A stretch of DNA of 8,892 nucleotides, taken from the NCBI RefSeq assembly GCF_006345805.1, contig NW_021828303.1, positions 1 through 8,892 of the forward strand, read 5' to 3'. The DNA is from Octopus sinensis. Its lineage: Eukaryota. This document shows positions 7,798 through 8,892 of the stretch, one piece after another (positions within the stretch are counted from its first letter, which is position 1; every line of letters starts with the position of its first letter). The notes beneath the pieces were generated by a model, which ran no database searches, had not been told where the DNA came from, and saw only the letters and a list, made by a program, of their open reading frames with translations. A program made the position numbers and the translations under genes.

Positions 7798-7914
7798 CCA
7801 TCACCGTGATCATTAACATCATCATCATCATCATCATAATCATCATCATCGTCATCATTATCATCATTATCATAAATTTCATCATCAGCATCATCAGCAT
7901 CATCTTATCATTAT
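7701..7914. repeat. (CAT)n array, inverted relative to the (GAT)n arrays
   Basis: Direct reading; it produces the poly-His of ORF 7565..7816. Confidence 0.95.
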
Positions 7915-7916
7915 CG

Positions 7917-7953
7917 TACATACATACATACATGCATATATATATATAGATAT

Positions 7954-7985
<32 letters not shown>

Positions 7986-7997
7986 ATATAATATATA
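7917..7997. repeat. (TACA)n then (TA)n microsatellite
   Basis: Direct reading. Confidence 0.92.
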
Positions 7998-8825
7998 AAA
8001 CGTATGTGGAAAATCTGTGTGTGCTTGTTTGTGGCGTTTATCTAAATCCTCCCACATCGGTTTATTGATTTGATGAAACTGACACGTGAGTAGATATCTT
8101 GTTTGGAAACCTCGTGACATACTTAGATTGTTGTAATAAATCGATACAATTGCCCCTGGAAGAGACCTTTATATCTACCTCATATAACCAATTTTCTTTA
8201 AACGCCTAAGGGAAATAATCCAAACCACCTGCAGTTTTCAGCGGAGCGATCAATATTTGATTCTTACGATCAGCCGATCTAACTCTGCATTTCACTACTC
8301 ACAGTTTGGAACTGCTATACACTATTATTGCTTCGTTCATACATTTCTATACATACATCCTTTTTTGAATGCCCATTACTCTGATAATTCTGCATTTTTG
8401 AAGTTACACTTTCTCCATGACAGTAGATAATTTTTTCCTCAACATATTTGCACTGGCTTCATGCAGGCATAGCGTGGATTCGATCCTCGATTGCCAACTT
8501 TCACATAACACTTCAACAGCACGGTAAAACAATAGTTTTTTTCTGAGAAGGACAACGCCTCTCGCTAACCTCCGAAAACCTCTCTCGACAACCTCCGACA
8601 ACCTGTCTAGACAACCTCTGACGACCTCTCTTGCCAACCTTGGACAACCTCTCTCGCCAACCTCCAGCAATCTATCGCTCCTCTAGCTGACAGTTTTTGT
8701 ACTTTTTCGTGAAGGAAAATACACCTTTTGTGGAAGTTATAACGAAATTGCTTTCTTATATCAGAGTAATAAGGCGTTTCAATAGAACATCTTTACACCC
8801 ATGAATTACCGGGTACACCTGCTAG
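7985..8825 (+). mobile_element. Probable non-autonomous Helitron; 5' boundary obscured by (TA)n
   Basis: The 3' end ACCC-ATGAATTACC-GGGT-ACACCTG-CTAG|T gives a weak subterminal hairpin (8797-8814) 11 nt before the end of CTAG (8822-8825), followed by T. The 5' region (ATAATATATAAA, TCTGTGTGTGCTTGTTTGT, GATTTGATGAAACT) resembles, from memory, Lep1-type non-autonomous Helitron starts. There is an internal minisatellite and no TIRs or TSD. The canonical 5' TC cannot be placed. Confidence 0.55.
8555..8669. repeat. Minisatellite, 5 x 23 bp, consensus ACCTCTCTCGMCAACCTCCGACA
   Basis: Units start at 8555, 8578, 8601, 8624 and 8647. Each is a 13-nt plus a 10-nt subunit. Confidence 0.9.
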
Positions 8826-8826
8826 T

Positions 8827-8827
8827 A

Positions 8828-8892
<65 letters not shown>
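8827..8892. repeat. (TATC)n microsatellite running off the window end
   Basis: Perfect ATCT repeats from 8829. Confidence 0.98.

Noticed and set aside
6464-7933. Poly-Ile, poly-Met, poly-Asp, poly-His and poly-Ser ORFs
   Set aside because: They are translations of (GAT)n/(CAT)n repeats.
8404-8670. 88-aa ORF with repeated ERG/RLA motifs
   Set aside because: The periodicity comes from the 23-bp minisatellite, whose length is not a multiple of 3. The start is non-ATG and there is no recognisable domain.

Overview
Repeat-dense, AT-rich, non-coding eukaryotic DNA (intronic or intergenic). It is most likely from an octopus, inferred from recalled similarity of the SINEs to the octopus tRNA-derived families OK/OR1/OR2; this was not checked by a search. 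No credible protein-coding gene is present: the long ORFs are translations of (GAT)n, (TA)n, (GA)n and (CAT)n microsatellites or antisense readings of SINEs. The window holds three distinct tRNA-derived SINE families. Family A has a full copy at 3136-3553 and fragments at 1-181, 2312-2460 and 2461-2627. Family B is a head plus three 184-bp bodies at 1656-2252 inside a 13-bp TSD-like repeat. Family C lies on the minus strand at 4465-4841. Also present are two large (GAT)n arrays with 168-bp and ~138-bp higher-order periods, a probable non-autonomous Helitron (~7985-8825) carrying a 5 x 23-bp minisatellite, and two minus-strand motifs with the layout of minimal type I hammerhead ribozymes but variant cores (3671-3707, 4314-4349). 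The best leads are the variant hammerhead-like motifs, the SINE trimer, and a double-hairpin module shared by two otherwise different SINE families. I see no evidence for a multi-gene system.
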